A stretch of 64,000 nt of DNA from assembly GCA_049520575.1 (NCBI GenBank), contig JBEKPQ010000003.1:24632-88631 (forward strand), in the 5' to 3' direction. This DNA is from Thermodesulfobacteriota bacterium (lineage in GTDB: Bacteria; Desulfobacterota; RBG-13-43-22). Below, in pieces: positions 9,446 through 19,327 of this stretch (its first letter is position 1; each line of letters begins with the position of its first letter). The translations under genes were made by a program, and so were the position numbers. The notes beneath the pieces were generated by a model. It worked only from the letters and a program-made list of their open reading frames with translations, was not told the origin of the DNA and did no database searches.

Positions 9446-10963
9446 CTACATCAAATCATCCCAAGCGGCCCTTTCCTGTCCATAGGGATCATCAATAATT
9501 TTAATCTTTTTGTCAAAAATAATGGTCGATCTTTTCTTAAGATCATAGGGCGGCAATGGCGGAATGGAGGCGCTATTCGGGTTTCCGGTCCTGGCAAACG
9601 ATATCCAGGTGTCCATCATGGCCCCACTTAAGGCTTCGGTTTCTTCATCTCTTTTGGGAAAGATACCAACCTCGGTATTCAAGAGAACTCCGAAAACAAA
9701 ACCCAGTTCCAGGGCGTGCATCGCCCCGTATTTACCTCCCCGAAATGGACTTTGCCAAGTGAAAAGATACATGTAGGTGTCTTTTTGATGAACACTTTGC
9801 GCTTCAGCCAGACGTATAGAGGGAATTCGAAACGTATAATCCGTGGTTAGGGCATCCATGATGTCCCTCGGTGTATTTCTGGTCTGCTGGTAAATTTTCA
9901 ATAGCTTATCGACATGACCCTCACTCTTTCCTGTTAAAGCAGCGATGGCCTTTGTTCCTTTTTCAAGCCCTTCTTGCCGAATTTTTTCCGCTTTTGGATT
10001 TAATAAATTCCATAATTTTGTTTCGTCGAGATTCGATCCAATAAATATATCGATCTCTTTAGCATAACCCTTTCTTATCGCTGAAAGGGGGTGATCGGGT
10101 AAGACCCCTCCATCTACAACCGGCCCCAGCCGCAAAGGTCGGTCTATGGAAAAACCTTCCGATTGATCGGGCATGATGGCGATCTGGGCTTTAATAATCT
10201 CTTCCGACGAGAACCGGCGAAGGGCATTGAGATCCCCTTTTGGAATCCCCAATTCTTGAAGCAACTTTTCATGGGCGCGCATGGCCGCTTCGGGATTCAT
10301 CCCCAGAGGATGGGCCGCTCCCGACTGTAAGATAGCCCTGTGAAATAATCCCTTGGCCGAGGGCATAGCCAGAAGAGTAGCTACGGCAAATCCACCGGCG
10401 GATTCACCGAAAATCGTCACGTTGTCCGGGTCTCCACCAAAACGAACAATATTTTCTTTTACGAATCGAAGGGCCGCCGTCATATCCAGCAATCCGACAT
10501 TTGAACTCGCATCCGCCTCATCCGGAAGAAACAGAAAACCGAGTACTCCCAATCGGTAGTTAATGCTGACCACAACCACATCACCCCTCAAGGCCAACCG
10601 GGTACCGTCAAGAGAAGCCCCAGTGCCGGTCACAAATGCCCCGCCATGAATAAAAAACATGACCGGGCGTTTTGCGAAGTCCAGGCCAGGAGTCCATATG
10701 TTCAAGGTTAGGCATTCCGCCTCATTTTGTACCCTTTGTCCTCCGAACATCATTTCTAAATTGGAAGCAGGTTGGGGCGCTATCGGACTGTATTCCAGGG
10801 CATCCCGCACACCGGTCCAGGGTTCAACCGGTGCCGGGGGCTTGAAGCGGGAGTTACCGTCAGGAGGTGCAGCATAGGAAATGCCTTTAAATTTAATAAT
10901 GCCTTTTCGGCCGTAACCTCGAACTTTTCCGTTGGAAGTTTCAATAATATATTCTTTTTCCAT
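9446..10963 (-). CDS. Carboxylesterase type B (para-nitrobenzyl esterase-like).
   Basis: 505 aa. Catalytic nucleophile elbow GESAGG (FGESAGGFAV) and a type-B esterase N-terminal region. Confidence 0.85.
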   Translation of the reverse strand: MEKEYIIETSNGKVRGYGRKGIIKFKGISYAAPPDGNSRFKPPAPVEPWTGVRDALEYSPIAPQPASNLEMMFGGQRVQNEAECLTLNIWTPGLDFAKRPVMFFIHGGAFVTGTGASLDGTRLALRGDVVVVSINYRLGVLGFLFLPDEADASSNVGLLDMTAALRFVKENIVRFGGDPDNVTIFGESAGGFAVATLLAMPSAKGLFHRAILQSGAAHPLGMNPEAAMRAHEKLLQELGIPKGDLNALRRFSSEEIIKAQIAIMPDQSEGFSIDRPLRLGPVVDGGVLPDHPLSAIRKGYAKEIDIFIGSNLDETKLWNLLNPKAEKIRQEGLEKGTKAIAALTGKSEGHVDKLLKIYQQTRNTPRDIMDALTTDYTFRIPSIRLAEAQSVHQKDTYMYLFTWQSPFRGGKYGAMHALELGFVFGVLLNTEVGIFPKRDEETEALSGAMMDTWISFARTGNPNSASIPPLPPYDLKKRSTIIFDKKIKIIDDPYGQERAAWDDLM

Positions 10964-11184
10964 ACGCGTTTAATCTCCTTCCATCAATCATCCCATGCCT
11001 ATTATCCCTTTGATGAACTTGTTAACCACTTATACCCGCTTGGGTCGGGCACCACGAAAAAAGAAAATTATTCTAAGGATTCAAGTCCTAGGATTCTCGA
11101 ACCAATTTTTGTACTAAAAAAGTATCAACAGATCCTTTGGTAGGCAGGATTGTACCCCGGTCTCAGATGAAGACTGTCAATGGG

Positions 11185-11406
11185 TCAGGTTTTATGACGA
11201 AAGATAATCAGTCCATGAGAAAGGTCGTAGGGAGAAACCCCGACCGTCACTTTATCCCCCTCGATGACCCGTATTTTAAACCGTTTCATCGTACCGCATA
11301 ATTTGGCTGAGATGGTGACCCCGCTCTCCAGGGTTATCGTGTAGTTTCCTCCTCCAGTGGCCTTGGTGACTTTTCCTTCAAATTTGGCTAACTCGTCTTT
11401 AGACAA
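11185..11406 (-). CDS. infA: Translation initiation factor IF-1.
   Basis: 73 aa, S1-like. GKMRK/RFKIRVIEGDKVTVGVSPYDL matches the IF-1 consensus. Confidence 0.9.
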   Translation of the reverse strand: MSKDELAKFEGKVTKATGGGNYTITLESGVTISAKLCGTMKRFKIRVIEGDKVTVGVSPYDLSHGLIIFRHKT

Positions 11407-11440
11407 TAATTATCGCTCCTTTACGGACAATCGATGAGTT

Positions 11441-11492
11441 AAAAGGATAAGAATTTAAAAAGCCTGCAACCGGATTAGCCGGTTAGCAGGCT
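11441..11492 (-). terminator. Rho-independent terminator downstream of the RRM protein gene. Hairpin AGCCTGCAACCGG-ATTA-GCCGGTTAGCAGGCT followed by a T-run on the minus strand.
   Basis: Inverted repeat with a T-rich tract immediately 3' on the coding strand. Confidence 0.5.
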
Positions 11493-11535
11493 AATAGCAG
11501 ACTTTAAATGAAATAAGTAATATTAAAATGGGGAA

Positions 11536-11883
11536 TTACCAGCGGTTGCGGCCCTGGGAGCCACCTCCTCCTCGGCCTCCTCGACCTTTCCCCTTGCCCT
11601 GACCGCCGCGGAAACCCCCTCCGCCTTCACGAGGGGCCTGAGGACGAGCATTGGAAACGGTCAGTGTGCGTCCTTCATACGCGCTGCCGTTCAGGTTTTT
11701 AATGGCTTCGGCAGCCTCTTGTTCGTTGGCCATTTCTACAAACCCGAAGCCCTTACTGAGTCCGGTTTCCCGATCGGTGATCACTTTAGCCGATTCAACC
11801 GTACCGTACGGCGTGAAAACTTGAGAAAGGATTTCATCGTTCACAGAATAAGGGAGACTACCTACATACAATTTGTTGGACAT
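11536..11883 (-). CDS. RNA-binding protein with an RRM domain and a Gly/Arg-rich (RGG) C-terminal tail.
   Basis: RNP-2 LYVGSL and RNP-1 KGFGFVEM motifs; C-terminal GGGGFRGGQGKGKGRGGRGGGG. Confidence 0.85.
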   Translation of the reverse strand: MSNKLYVGSLPYSVNDEILSQVFTPYGTVESAKVITDRETGLSKGFGFVEMANEQEAAEAIKNLNGSAYEGRTLTVSNARPQAPREGGGGFRGGQGKGKGRGGRGGGGSQGRNRW

Positions 11884-12065
11884 ACGACCTCCTTAAAGGT
11901 TTAAGTCCCTTAAAGAGGTCTTAAGCATTATGGCCGGGAACTCTTTAAAGGCATAGGGTAAATTTTTGACTTATTTATACCATATTTTCTATTTTAAAAC
12001 AATATTTTTATTAAAACAGCCCCTACAGCCCTTGGCCACGGATAATTCCCGGCCATTAGATTCCG

Positions 12066-12110
12066 CCTCTAAGAATAAAAAGCCTCTCCCTTTTTACAAA
12101 GAGAGAGGCA
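12066..12110 (-). terminator. Terminator hairpin downstream of the 4-hydroxybutyryl-CoA dehydratase-like gene (GCCTCTCCC...GAGAGAGGC followed by a T-run on the minus strand).
   Basis: 7-9 bp inverted repeat with a flanking T-tract. Confidence 0.45.
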
Positions 12111-12157
12111 CAAAAAGGTATTCTCTTTCATTTAACGGATCAGACAACGGCCTGGAA

Positions 12158-13657
12158 TTATTTTTTCACCGGCTTGCTTAAGGCCTCACGGTCCCCACCA
12201 CTCATCCCGGCAATATACTTAACCAGATTCTTTCTAGATTCAATGTCATATTGGGTAGTAATGGCGATCTGTTCCATAATCGGGGAGCCGCCGCCATGGT
12301 AGGCCCCCATTCTTTGCACACCCCCAGCCGCGGAACACAGGACATCGCCCATATACCGCCAGAATTGGGCCTGGTCCTCCACTGGTATCTTCGGATTTCT
12401 TTTGGTGTATTTGAGAAGCAGATCTTTAATATCTTTATTCATGAAATCCTTTTCATGCGGGAAGGTAGCCGCCACACCGCCGGAAACATCACAAAGGATT
12501 TCTGCTTCACGAAACACCGCTTCGCCCGTCAGACAGCGGCCGACATTACAGTAAATCGAATGGGGGATGTAGGTGCCGGGGCCATAGGGAATAAAACCAA
12601 CGCCGGGCATGTAGACCTCCGCTTTTCCCATGCTGGAAGCGGTGTATCCTGCAGCGTAACCCAATTCAGTGACCATGATGATCTCGGCCAGTTTCTCCCT
12701 GACATGGGAGGCCTTGTGAATGTTGTTCACCTCGGCTGCCAGAGCGGCGGTCCCCAAAAGAACATCGCCGAGACCCGGTTTGCAGCCTGAATAGGAGTGA
12801 CGGTGAAACAAGGCAAAAAGCAGGGCCATTGTACCCCCATGCTGCCATTCACCGGCTAAAAAGACCCTTTCCCAGGGTATAAAGCATTTGTCGAAAATTA
12901 CATAGGAATCGGTGGCCCCTTGGGAAAAACCGCGGGGGAAATCGTCCCTTTTCCTGAATCTGCGGACGGTGACGACTTGCTTCATCCCGTCCCAATCAGC
13001 GGGAACGGCGAAGGACACGGCATAGTCCTTATCTTCGGGGCGCAAAGCCCTGGTGGGAACCACCAGCACCTCATCGGCCACTGAGGCCTCTGAAATGTGC
13101 AGTTTGCAGCCGCTGACCACGATTCCGTCTTTGCGTTTTTCCAAGATCCGCAGATAGGCTTCTTTGTTCTCCTGATCGGCGGGTCTGGCCATCCGGTCGC
13201 CCTTGACATCGGTCTGGGCGCAGCAACCCACCAAATCTTCGGTCTGGAAGCGGGTCAACCATTTTTTGAAATTTTCATGATATTGGGTGGCGCCGTTATT
13301 TTGTTTGTCCGCCTCATAGGAGACATTGTAAATCGAATTAGTGGCATCGATGCCCATGCAGCGTTGGATACACCCCCCCACCTTCCCGCAGAGCAGACGG
13401 GTCATATCCTGTTTCTTGTGCAGGTCGTCGGTATTCTGATGGATGTGAGTGAATCGGCTGATCCGCTCACCCGTCAGATGAGAAACTGCGGTCAACAAGT
13501 CCTGGTTTTCCGGCTTTAACGTCTCATCAAAGGTGGTGCCGAGGGTATTAAGGCAGTCTTGCTGCTTCTCATCCAACCGGTCGATCAATTCGCCGTCGCA
13601 ATAGATATTTCGTTTCAACTTGCTCAGGCCCTGGAAATACTGTTCCTTTGTCCTCAT
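12158..13657 (-). CDS. 4-hydroxybutyryl-CoA dehydratase/vinylacetyl-CoA delta-isomerase family protein (AbfD-like; FAD/[4Fe-4S] 4-HPA-hydroxylase fold).
   Basis: 499 aa. N-terminus MRTKEQYFQGLSKLKRNIYCDGELI is typical of the AbfD family; its length also fits. Confidence 0.75.
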   Translation of the reverse strand: MRTKEQYFQGLSKLKRNIYCDGELIDRLDEKQQDCLNTLGTTFDETLKPENQDLLTAVSHLTGERISRFTHIHQNTDDLHKKQDMTRLLCGKVGGCIQRCMGIDATNSIYNVSYEADKQNNGATQYHENFKKWLTRFQTEDLVGCCAQTDVKGDRMARPADQENKEAYLRILEKRKDGIVVSGCKLHISEASVADEVLVVPTRALRPEDKDYAVSFAVPADWDGMKQVVTVRRFRKRDDFPRGFSQGATDSYVIFDKCFIPWERVFLAGEWQHGGTMALLFALFHRHSYSGCKPGLGDVLLGTAALAAEVNNIHKASHVREKLAEIIMVTELGYAAGYTASSMGKAEVYMPGVGFIPYGPGTYIPHSIYCNVGRCLTGEAVFREAEILCDVSGGVAATFPHEKDFMNKDIKDLLLKYTKRNPKIPVEDQAQFWRYMGDVLCSAAGGVQRMGAYHGGGSPIMEQIAITTQYDIESRKNLVKYIAGMSGGDREALSKPVKK

Positions 13658-13828
13658 CTTTTATCTTCCTCCTTCATTTTATCTCTTACCGATAATAAAA
13701 TAATAGTAACCAATGCTTAAAAATGTCAAGAAAAACCGTACGGCCCAATATTTTGGGTTGTATCAATAGGAATGGGTATTCTTCCGTTATTATTTTCCGC
13801 CTGAAAAGATTTTCTTTAGAATTGTCCC

Positions 13829-13858
13829 CATTATAAAAAAGGCCCGAGAAACGGGCCC
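13829..13858 (-). terminator. Terminator hairpin GGCCCGAGAAACGGGCC, flanked by A/T runs on both sides and located just 3' of tRNA-Asn.
   Basis: Perfect 6 bp stem with GAAA loop, and T-runs on both strands. Confidence 0.55.
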
Positions 13859-13870
13859 TTTTCTTATTTC

Positions 13871-13947
13871 TGGCTCCCCGGGACGGACTCGAACCGCCGA
13901 CCAAGTGGTTAACAGCCACCCGCTCTACCGACTGAGCTACCGGGGAA
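13871..13947 (-). tRNA. tRNA-Asn (anticodon GTT) with an encoded CCA.
   Basis: Hand-folded cloverleaf: acceptor stem UCCCCGG/CCGGGGA, D-arm GCUC/GAGC, anticodon stem GGUGG/CCACU around loop CUGUUAA, T-arm GGCGG-UUCGAGU-CCGUC, then discriminator G and CCA. Confidence 0.85.
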
Positions 13948-14023
13948 GAATAACAATTTTGGATTTTAGATTGCGGATTTCGGAATATTAAGAATTATAT
14001 CTTAAGCCGTTAATGAAATCAAA

Positions 14024-14998
14024 TCATTCTTCTTTGTCTTCCCTTTTAGTCTCTGCTGATCCTGTTAATGTCTCCATTTTAAGCAGCTTTTCATATTCCG
14101 CATCCACCCGTTTCTGGATGGTTTGAATCAATTCCGAGGTCAGGTGACTGAAGCGCCGCTGTTGTTTCAGATATTCTTCCACCGGTTTAAGCCTGGTATT
14201 CTTCCGGACCACATATTTTCCTTCAATCACTTCATACAATGGGAAAATATTGGTTTCCACCACCAAACGGCTGACCTCAACGGCCAGATCCGTTCCATGG
14301 TGCCAACCGGTCGGACAAGGCGAAAAGACATGAAGATAGGCTGGTCCCTGGATTAAGGCCGCTTTCTTGGCCTTGTTCATCAGGTCCAGATAATAGGCCG
14401 GTGAGGCCGTGGCCACATAAGGGATGTCATGAGCGGCCATAATGGCCGGGAGGTTCTTTTTCCAGGTTGTTTGACCGGCAGTGATTTTTCCGGCCGGTGA
14501 AGTGGTGGTCATGGCCCCGAAAGGCGTTTCACTGGAACGCTGAATACCGGTATTCATGTAGGCTTCATTGTCCAGACAGACATAAACAAAATCATGACCC
14601 CGTTCCATAGCCCCGGAAAGAGACTGGAGCCCGATATCCGCAGTTCCGCCGTCTCCGGCAAAGGTTACTACGGTAATTTTTTTCTCGGGGATTCGCCCCT
14701 TGGCCATCAAGGTCTTTAATCCGACTTCAACACCGGAGGCTACAGCCGCGGCATTTTCAAAGGCTACATGGATCCAGGGTACGGCCCAGGCGGTTTGAGG
14801 ATAGGGAGAGGAGATGATTTCCATACACCCGGTGGCGCTGACGGCAATCATGGGACTCCCGATGGCCTTGGCCACCATACGTAAGGCCAGGACCTCCCCG
14901 CAACCCTGACAGGCCCTATGTCCGAATACCAGAGGTTCTTCTTTGGGCAAGGTCTTGGGTGTAAATCTTTTAAAATCCTTTAAGTCTTCGGAAATCAT
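14024..14998 (-). CDS. porB: Pyruvate:ferredoxin oxidoreductase beta subunit (TPP-binding).
   Basis: 324 aa with a CQGCGE Cys motif and a TPP-binding region, in operon context with porA/D/G. Confidence 0.9.
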   Translation of the reverse strand: MISEDLKDFKRFTPKTLPKEEPLVFGHRACQGCGEVLALRMVAKAIGSPMIAVSATGCMEIISSPYPQTAWAVPWIHVAFENAAAVASGVEVGLKTLMAKGRIPEKKITVVTFAGDGGTADIGLQSLSGAMERGHDFVYVCLDNEAYMNTGIQRSSETPFGAMTTTSPAGKITAGQTTWKKNLPAIMAAHDIPYVATASPAYYLDLMNKAKKAALIQGPAYLHVFSPCPTGWHHGTDLAVEVSRLVVETNIFPLYEVIEGKYVVRKNTRLKPVEEYLKQQRRFSHLTSELIQTIQKRVDAEYEKLLKMETLTGSAETKREDKEE

Positions 14999-16173
14999 TT
15001 TTCTCTCACCCCGATCATTTCGTAATGCATTTCTTTCCCTGCTTTCGCATATCGTCCTGCCTTGGAGGCCATTTCGGCAAAGACCTCCACGGTCAGATCG
15101 CGTCCCCCCAGGCCGGCTACAAACTCGGCCACATAGGGCCGTTCCTTTTTCTCATAAAGGGCTGATTTGATTTCCAGACCCACCGGCCCGCCTACACCGC
15201 CCGTTACCAGGGCCCGATCCACCACGGCCAAAACCTTGGCCCCCCGAATGGCTTGAAAAATTTCCTTAAACGGAAAGGGGCGCCAGAGACGAATATGGAT
15301 CAGTCCGACCTTCTCCCCTTTTTCACGCATGGCATCCACGGCCGTCATGGCCGTCTCGGTGATACTGCCCATGGTCACCAGTAAAGTCTCGGCCCCTTTG
15401 GTCTTATAGGATTCAACCGGTTTATAAGTCCGGCCGAATAAACTTTCGAAATCCTTCCAGACCTCGGCTGCCACCTTCTCGGACCCGATCAAGGCTTCCT
15501 CGACCTGCTTTTTTACCTCGATAAAGACATCCGGACTGCCGAAGGTCCCGATGGAGACAGGCTGGTCCGGATCGAGACGCAATACAGGTTTAAAAACGGG
15601 CAGAAAACGATCAACCGTCGCCTGATCGGGCATTTCCACCGGTTCAATCACATGGCTCAAAATAAAACCGTCCAGATTGACCACCACAGGCAGTAATACC
15701 CTTGGGTCTTCAGCGATCCTGAAGGCTTGCAAGGTGAGGTCCACGGCCTCCTGGCCATTAATGGCAAATAGCTGTACCCAGCCGCAATCCCGTTGAGGCA
15801 TAATATCGCTCAAGTCGTTCCAGATATTGATCGGGGCAGAAATGGCCCGGTTGGTCACGGTCATAACCAAAGGCATACGGATGCTGGAGGCGATAAACAT
15901 GAGTTCGTGCATCAGGGCCAGCCCCTGGGAACTGGTGGCCGTATAAGTCCTTGCCCCCACGGCAGCCGCCCCTATAGCGGCACTCAAAGCCGAATGTTCC
16001 GATTCAACGGGCACAAAGGCCGCCTCAAGGTCCCCATCGGCTACCAATTCGGAAAGGTGTTCCACGATGTGGGTCTGAGGTGTAATGGGATAGGCCGAGA
16101 TCACATCCACGTTGGCCAATTTTACCGCTTCACTGACGGCAATGGAAACTTCCATGCCTTTTCGAGTGGGCAT
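14995..16173 (-). CDS. porA: Pyruvate:ferredoxin oxidoreductase alpha subunit. The likely start is the internal ATG at 16171-16173, preceded by a GGAGG RBS; the ORF-track start at 16218 overlaps porD.
   Basis: Similarity pattern of the PorA family. RBS gcGGAGGaag lies 8 nt upstream of the ATG. The alternative start gives a 4 nt overlap with porB. Confidence 0.9.
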   Translation of the reverse strand: MPTRKGMEVSIAVSEAVKLANVDVISAYPITPQTHIVEHLSELVADGDLEAAFVPVESEHSALSAAIGAAAVGARTYTATSSQGLALMHELMFIASSIRMPLVMTVTNRAISAPINIWNDLSDIMPQRDCGWVQLFAINGQEAVDLTLQAFRIAEDPRVLLPVVVNLDGFILSHVIEPVEMPDQATVDRFLPVFKPVLRLDPDQPVSIGTFGSPDVFIEVKKQVEEALIGSEKVAAEVWKDFESLFGRTYKPVESYKTKGAETLLVTMGSITETAMTAVDAMREKGEKVGLIHIRLWRPFPFKEIFQAIRGAKVLAVVDRALVTGGVGGPVGLEIKSALYEKKERPYVAEFVAGLGGRDLTVEVFAEMASKAGRYAKAGKEMHYEMIGVREK

Positions 16174-16175
16174 AA

Positions 16176-16472
16176 CTATTCTTCCTCCGCAATCATTTGT
16201 ATGGCCTTTTTGGGACATTCACGGGCACAGATACCACACCCCTTACAGTAATACGTGTTCCAGTCAAAATAGCCGTCTGTATTCTGGCTATAGGCCATAT
16301 CCGGGCAAAAGATCCAACACATCCCGCATTTAATACATTTTTCCTTATCGGTCACCGGCCGTATCTTGGAGCGCCAGTCTCCGGTTTTGAGCTGCCGGGA
16401 ATTTCCGGCTTCCAATATAGCACAACCTATGGGAACTTCTTTCCAGGGGTGAAGGGCATCTATTTTAGCCAC
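16176..16472 (-). CDS. porD: Pyruvate:ferredoxin oxidoreductase delta subunit (2x[4Fe-4S] ferredoxin).
   Basis: Two CxxCxxCxxxCP motifs (CIKCGMCWIFCP, CKGCGICARECP). Confidence 0.9.
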   Translation of the reverse strand: MAKIDALHPWKEVPIGCAILEAGNSRQLKTGDWRSKIRPVTDKEKCIKCGMCWIFCPDMAYSQNTDGYFDWNTYYCKGCGICARECPKKAIQMIAEEE

Positions 16473-16477
16473 GCTGA

Positions 16478-17026
16478 TTACTCCTTGATTATAGTTTCGT
16501 CAAAGGCCCGTTGCATGGCCTTTTTATTTCTTTCGGCAACCTTGCCGAATCGGGCATCCAAAGGCCCGTCCATGGAGTCCATACGGGAGATCCCGGCCGC
16601 CCGGATCAAGGCTCCCAACATGGTTGTATTGGTAATAGCCACTTTCATTTCTTCCACAGCGATCTTATCGGCATCCACAACCGCAAGCCGGCTTTTAAAA
16701 CCGTGATCTTTCCGGATCTGTTCCACGGTCTTGGCCGTGTTGATGACCAAAGTCCCTTTGGGTTTCAGCCCGGAGGAAACATCAACGATATCCAGCAAAG
16801 TGGGATCGAGAACCACCACGATATCCGGATGATAAATTTTTGAGCGGATGCGGATCTGAGATGGGCTGACTCGCAAGAAGGCCACAACTGGTGCTCCGCG
16901 ACGTTCCGGCCCAAAACTGGGAAAGGCCTGGGCATACTGCCCTTCATTAATAGCGGCCAGGGCTATTAATTCGGCTGAGGTAACGGCGCCCTGCCCTCCC
17001 CGACCATGAAATCGAACTTCAATCAT
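16478..17026 (-). CDS. porG: Pyruvate:ferredoxin oxidoreductase gamma subunit.
   Basis: 182 aa. N-terminus MIEVRFHGRGGQGAVT is typical of the POR gamma subunit. First gene of the porGDAB order. Confidence 0.9.
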   Translation of the reverse strand: MIEVRFHGRGGQGAVTSAELIALAAINEGQYAQAFPSFGPERRGAPVVAFLRVSPSQIRIRSKIYHPDIVVVLDPTLLDIVDVSSGLKPKGTLVINTAKTVEQIRKDHGFKSRLAVVDADKIAVEEMKVAITNTTMLGALIRAAGISRMDSMDGPLDARFGKVAERNKKAMQRAFDETIIKE

Positions 17027-17612
17027 CGCACTATTCCTTTAGTCCCTGTGAGGTTAAAACTAAAATTTGGTATATCTATTATAATAATAGTTTTGTCAAC
17101 TACTTTTTAGCTCATTGGCTTCGCGGGTCTCGAAAAGCATGGGAATTCGCTTGGTCTTTCTATAACTCTCACGGAGGAACCCAATAGTCCGCCAATATTT
17201 GTCACTCAATTTCCCGCCGTTGATTTTCATACCCACGTCCCGCTACACAGCATACTGCTCATCTTATTCGTCCGGGTTCACCAAAAATCCACGGACGTCG
17301 ACCCAGCAGGTTTTGCCACAGACACTCAGGAAATCCATTGTGCCCGGCACGCTCGCCGAATAAAGGTCCGCCCCTCTTCGGTATTACCAGTGCCTGACTT
17401 CAGTAATCCGCTCATCTTTTGTTTTGGGGTGGATGATAAAAGAGGTGGAATGATAGGGATCGGGATATATGGATTCTGTTTAATAAATTAATGCCCTATG
17501 ACGATGTGACCCCAAGATCCTCACAGCCAAGGGGAGAACCGATCTTGCCTCTTAAAGAAAGAGGCAAGATCGGAATAACTACCGGAGAAACAGAACAGAC
17601 CTTCGGAAATCC

Positions 17613-18125
17613 TTATTTGAATACCAAGGACATAGGAATCTCTTTGAGCTTGTCGCTGATCTGCTTGTCAGAGGCTACCTGGACAGTGATCATTTTTTTG
17701 TCCTTAAAAACAGCCAACTGGTAAGTGTATAACACTAACATCGGATGATCCCATTTCAACTCCAGCTCATAGGCCGGTGTGCCGTCCTTCAGTTTTATCT
17801 CTCTTTCATAAAGCGTGCTGAAATTTTTAGCCATATATTGGGTCGCAAGAAAGTCCATCACCTCTTTCGCCAAATCCTTATAAGTCTTGCCCTCGGGGAG
17901 GTCGGCCACAGCCACATCGAATGAGGTAACCTCAAAGGAATCTTGAGCCTTTCTCAATACAGAGTTTTTATTACGTGAATTAACTTCTCCCCAACTAGGG
18001 ACGGTCATAGTGAAATCAGGCGCTTTATTCACAAAAGTCGCTGCTGTTGCATTCGGGACCGGCATAAACGCCAAGATCATGATAAGACCGACCAAAACAA
18101 AAAAACCTGTTAAAATTTTACTCAT
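17613..18125 (-). CDS. Hypothetical exported protein (N-terminal signal peptide).
   Basis: 170 aa with a hydrophobic N-terminus followed by AxA (NATAA). No recognisable domain. Confidence 0.5.
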   Translation of the reverse strand: MSKILTGFFVLVGLIMILAFMPVPNATAATFVNKAPDFTMTVPSWGEVNSRNKNSVLRKAQDSFEVTSFDVAVADLPEGKTYKDLAKEVMDFLATQYMAKNFSTLYEREIKLKDGTPAYELELKWDHPMLVLYTYQLAVFKDKKMITVQVASDKQISDKLKEIPMSLVFK

Positions 18126-18512
18126 TGCCCTTCCTCCTTTTTAATATATTTATTTTTTTGATGCCTTCATAAAAATTAAATGAACAATAAGGGACACTTC
18201 CTCATTTAAATATAGTTTGAGACTTTTTCGTTTGGAAAAAGGCCTTATCTGCTCAGCTATTCATTCAACCGGCAATTAGACCTGGGAACCTATATCAACG
18301 AAAAAAAATGTTAACTTCACAAAATACAAGGATATTTATAAAGAAATTTACTCGGTAAGATTGGGTATTGGATAGTTTATAGAGGAGAAAAGGGGGAAGT
18401 CAAGGATTTTTTTGCATCGTGACAAAAAAAATTCGTTGTTCAACGTTCGTCGTTCGGGGGGAAAATTGGATCATATCCAACACACTGGAGATGATCCAAA
18501 AATAAACCCTTG

Positions 18513-19247
18513 TCACGTCAGCTCTCCCCTGATACTGATGACCTTTTCCTCCAAGGAGATCTTTTTACCTGAGGCTTGCATGGCCTTCTTGATAACGAAC
18601 GGCAGGCCGGAGCAGCAGGGGACTTCCATAACCACGGTGGTAACACTTTTAATCCCGGCTGTTTTAAAAATATCAGTAAACTTGGCGATATATTCCTGAA
18701 CGTCGTCGAACTTGGGACAGCCCATCATAACCACTTTGCCGGGAAGTAAATCTCGATGGAAATTAGGATAGGCCAGCGGGGTGCAGTCGGCAACGACCAA
18801 CAGATCGGCCCCTTTCAGAAAAGGGGCCGTCGGAGGCACCAGTTTGATCTGGACCGGCCAATGACCGAGGGTTGAAACCCGATCCGCCTGAGAGCGCGGT
18901 CGATTGGTCTCCTGACAGGTGTCGGATCCGGGAAAGCTCTGCAATTGGGTGGAAGGGCAGCCGCAGGGAAGAACAGTTGACGCTGGATTATCCGCTTTCA
19001 TCTGTTTTTCGAGATGCTCTTCCACGGCGGCTTCGTCAAAATCCTCGGCTTCCCGCTCGATGATCTTGAGGGCATCATTGGGACATTCTCCCAAACAAGC
19101 CCCTAAGCCGTCGCAATATTTTTCCGCTGTCAATCGGGCCTTGCCGTCGATCACCTGGATGGCCCCTTCAGCACAGGAAGGTACACACAGCCCGCAGCCG
19201 TCACAGCGCTCCGGAACGATCTCAATGATCTTGCGAATAATCTTCAT
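18513..19247 (-). CDS. 4Fe-4S dicluster-domain protein of the kind often found next to hcp.
   Basis: N-terminal CDGCGLCVPSC...CDGLGACLGECP ferredoxin motifs. Sits downstream in the hcp gene string. Confidence 0.65.
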   Translation of the reverse strand: MKIIRKIIEIVPERCDGCGLCVPSCAEGAIQVIDGKARLTAEKYCDGLGACLGECPNDALKIIEREAEDFDEAAVEEHLEKQMKADNPASTVLPCGCPSTQLQSFPGSDTCQETNRPRSQADRVSTLGHWPVQIKLVPPTAPFLKGADLLVVADCTPLAYPNFHRDLLPGKVVMMGCPKFDDVQEYIAKFTDIFKTAGIKSVTTVVMEVPCCSGLPFVIKKAMQASGKKISLEEKVISIRGELT

Positions 19248-19327
19248 GATGTTCCTTTCGTCTGTCTGGTCCTTTTGGTCTGTTCGATCATAGGTCTTGC
19301 TTTCAGCTTTGAGCCTTAAGCTTTCAG

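Noticed and set aside
12251-12790. 179 aa plus-strand ORF
   Set aside because: Antisense to the 4-hydroxybutyryl-CoA dehydratase-like gene.
13686-13919. 77 aa minus-strand ORF
   Set aside because: Overlaps the tRNA-Asn gene and its terminator; an artefact.
17040-17490. Tested for RNase P RNA, tmRNA, SRP RNA and 6S RNA
   Set aside because: A GAACCCGG block resembles the RNase P P4 3' strand. However, the partner CCGGG is only about 70 nt away, GGAAAGUCCGG is absent, and no tmRNA or SRP conserved boxes are present. No known ncRNA could be assigned by eye.
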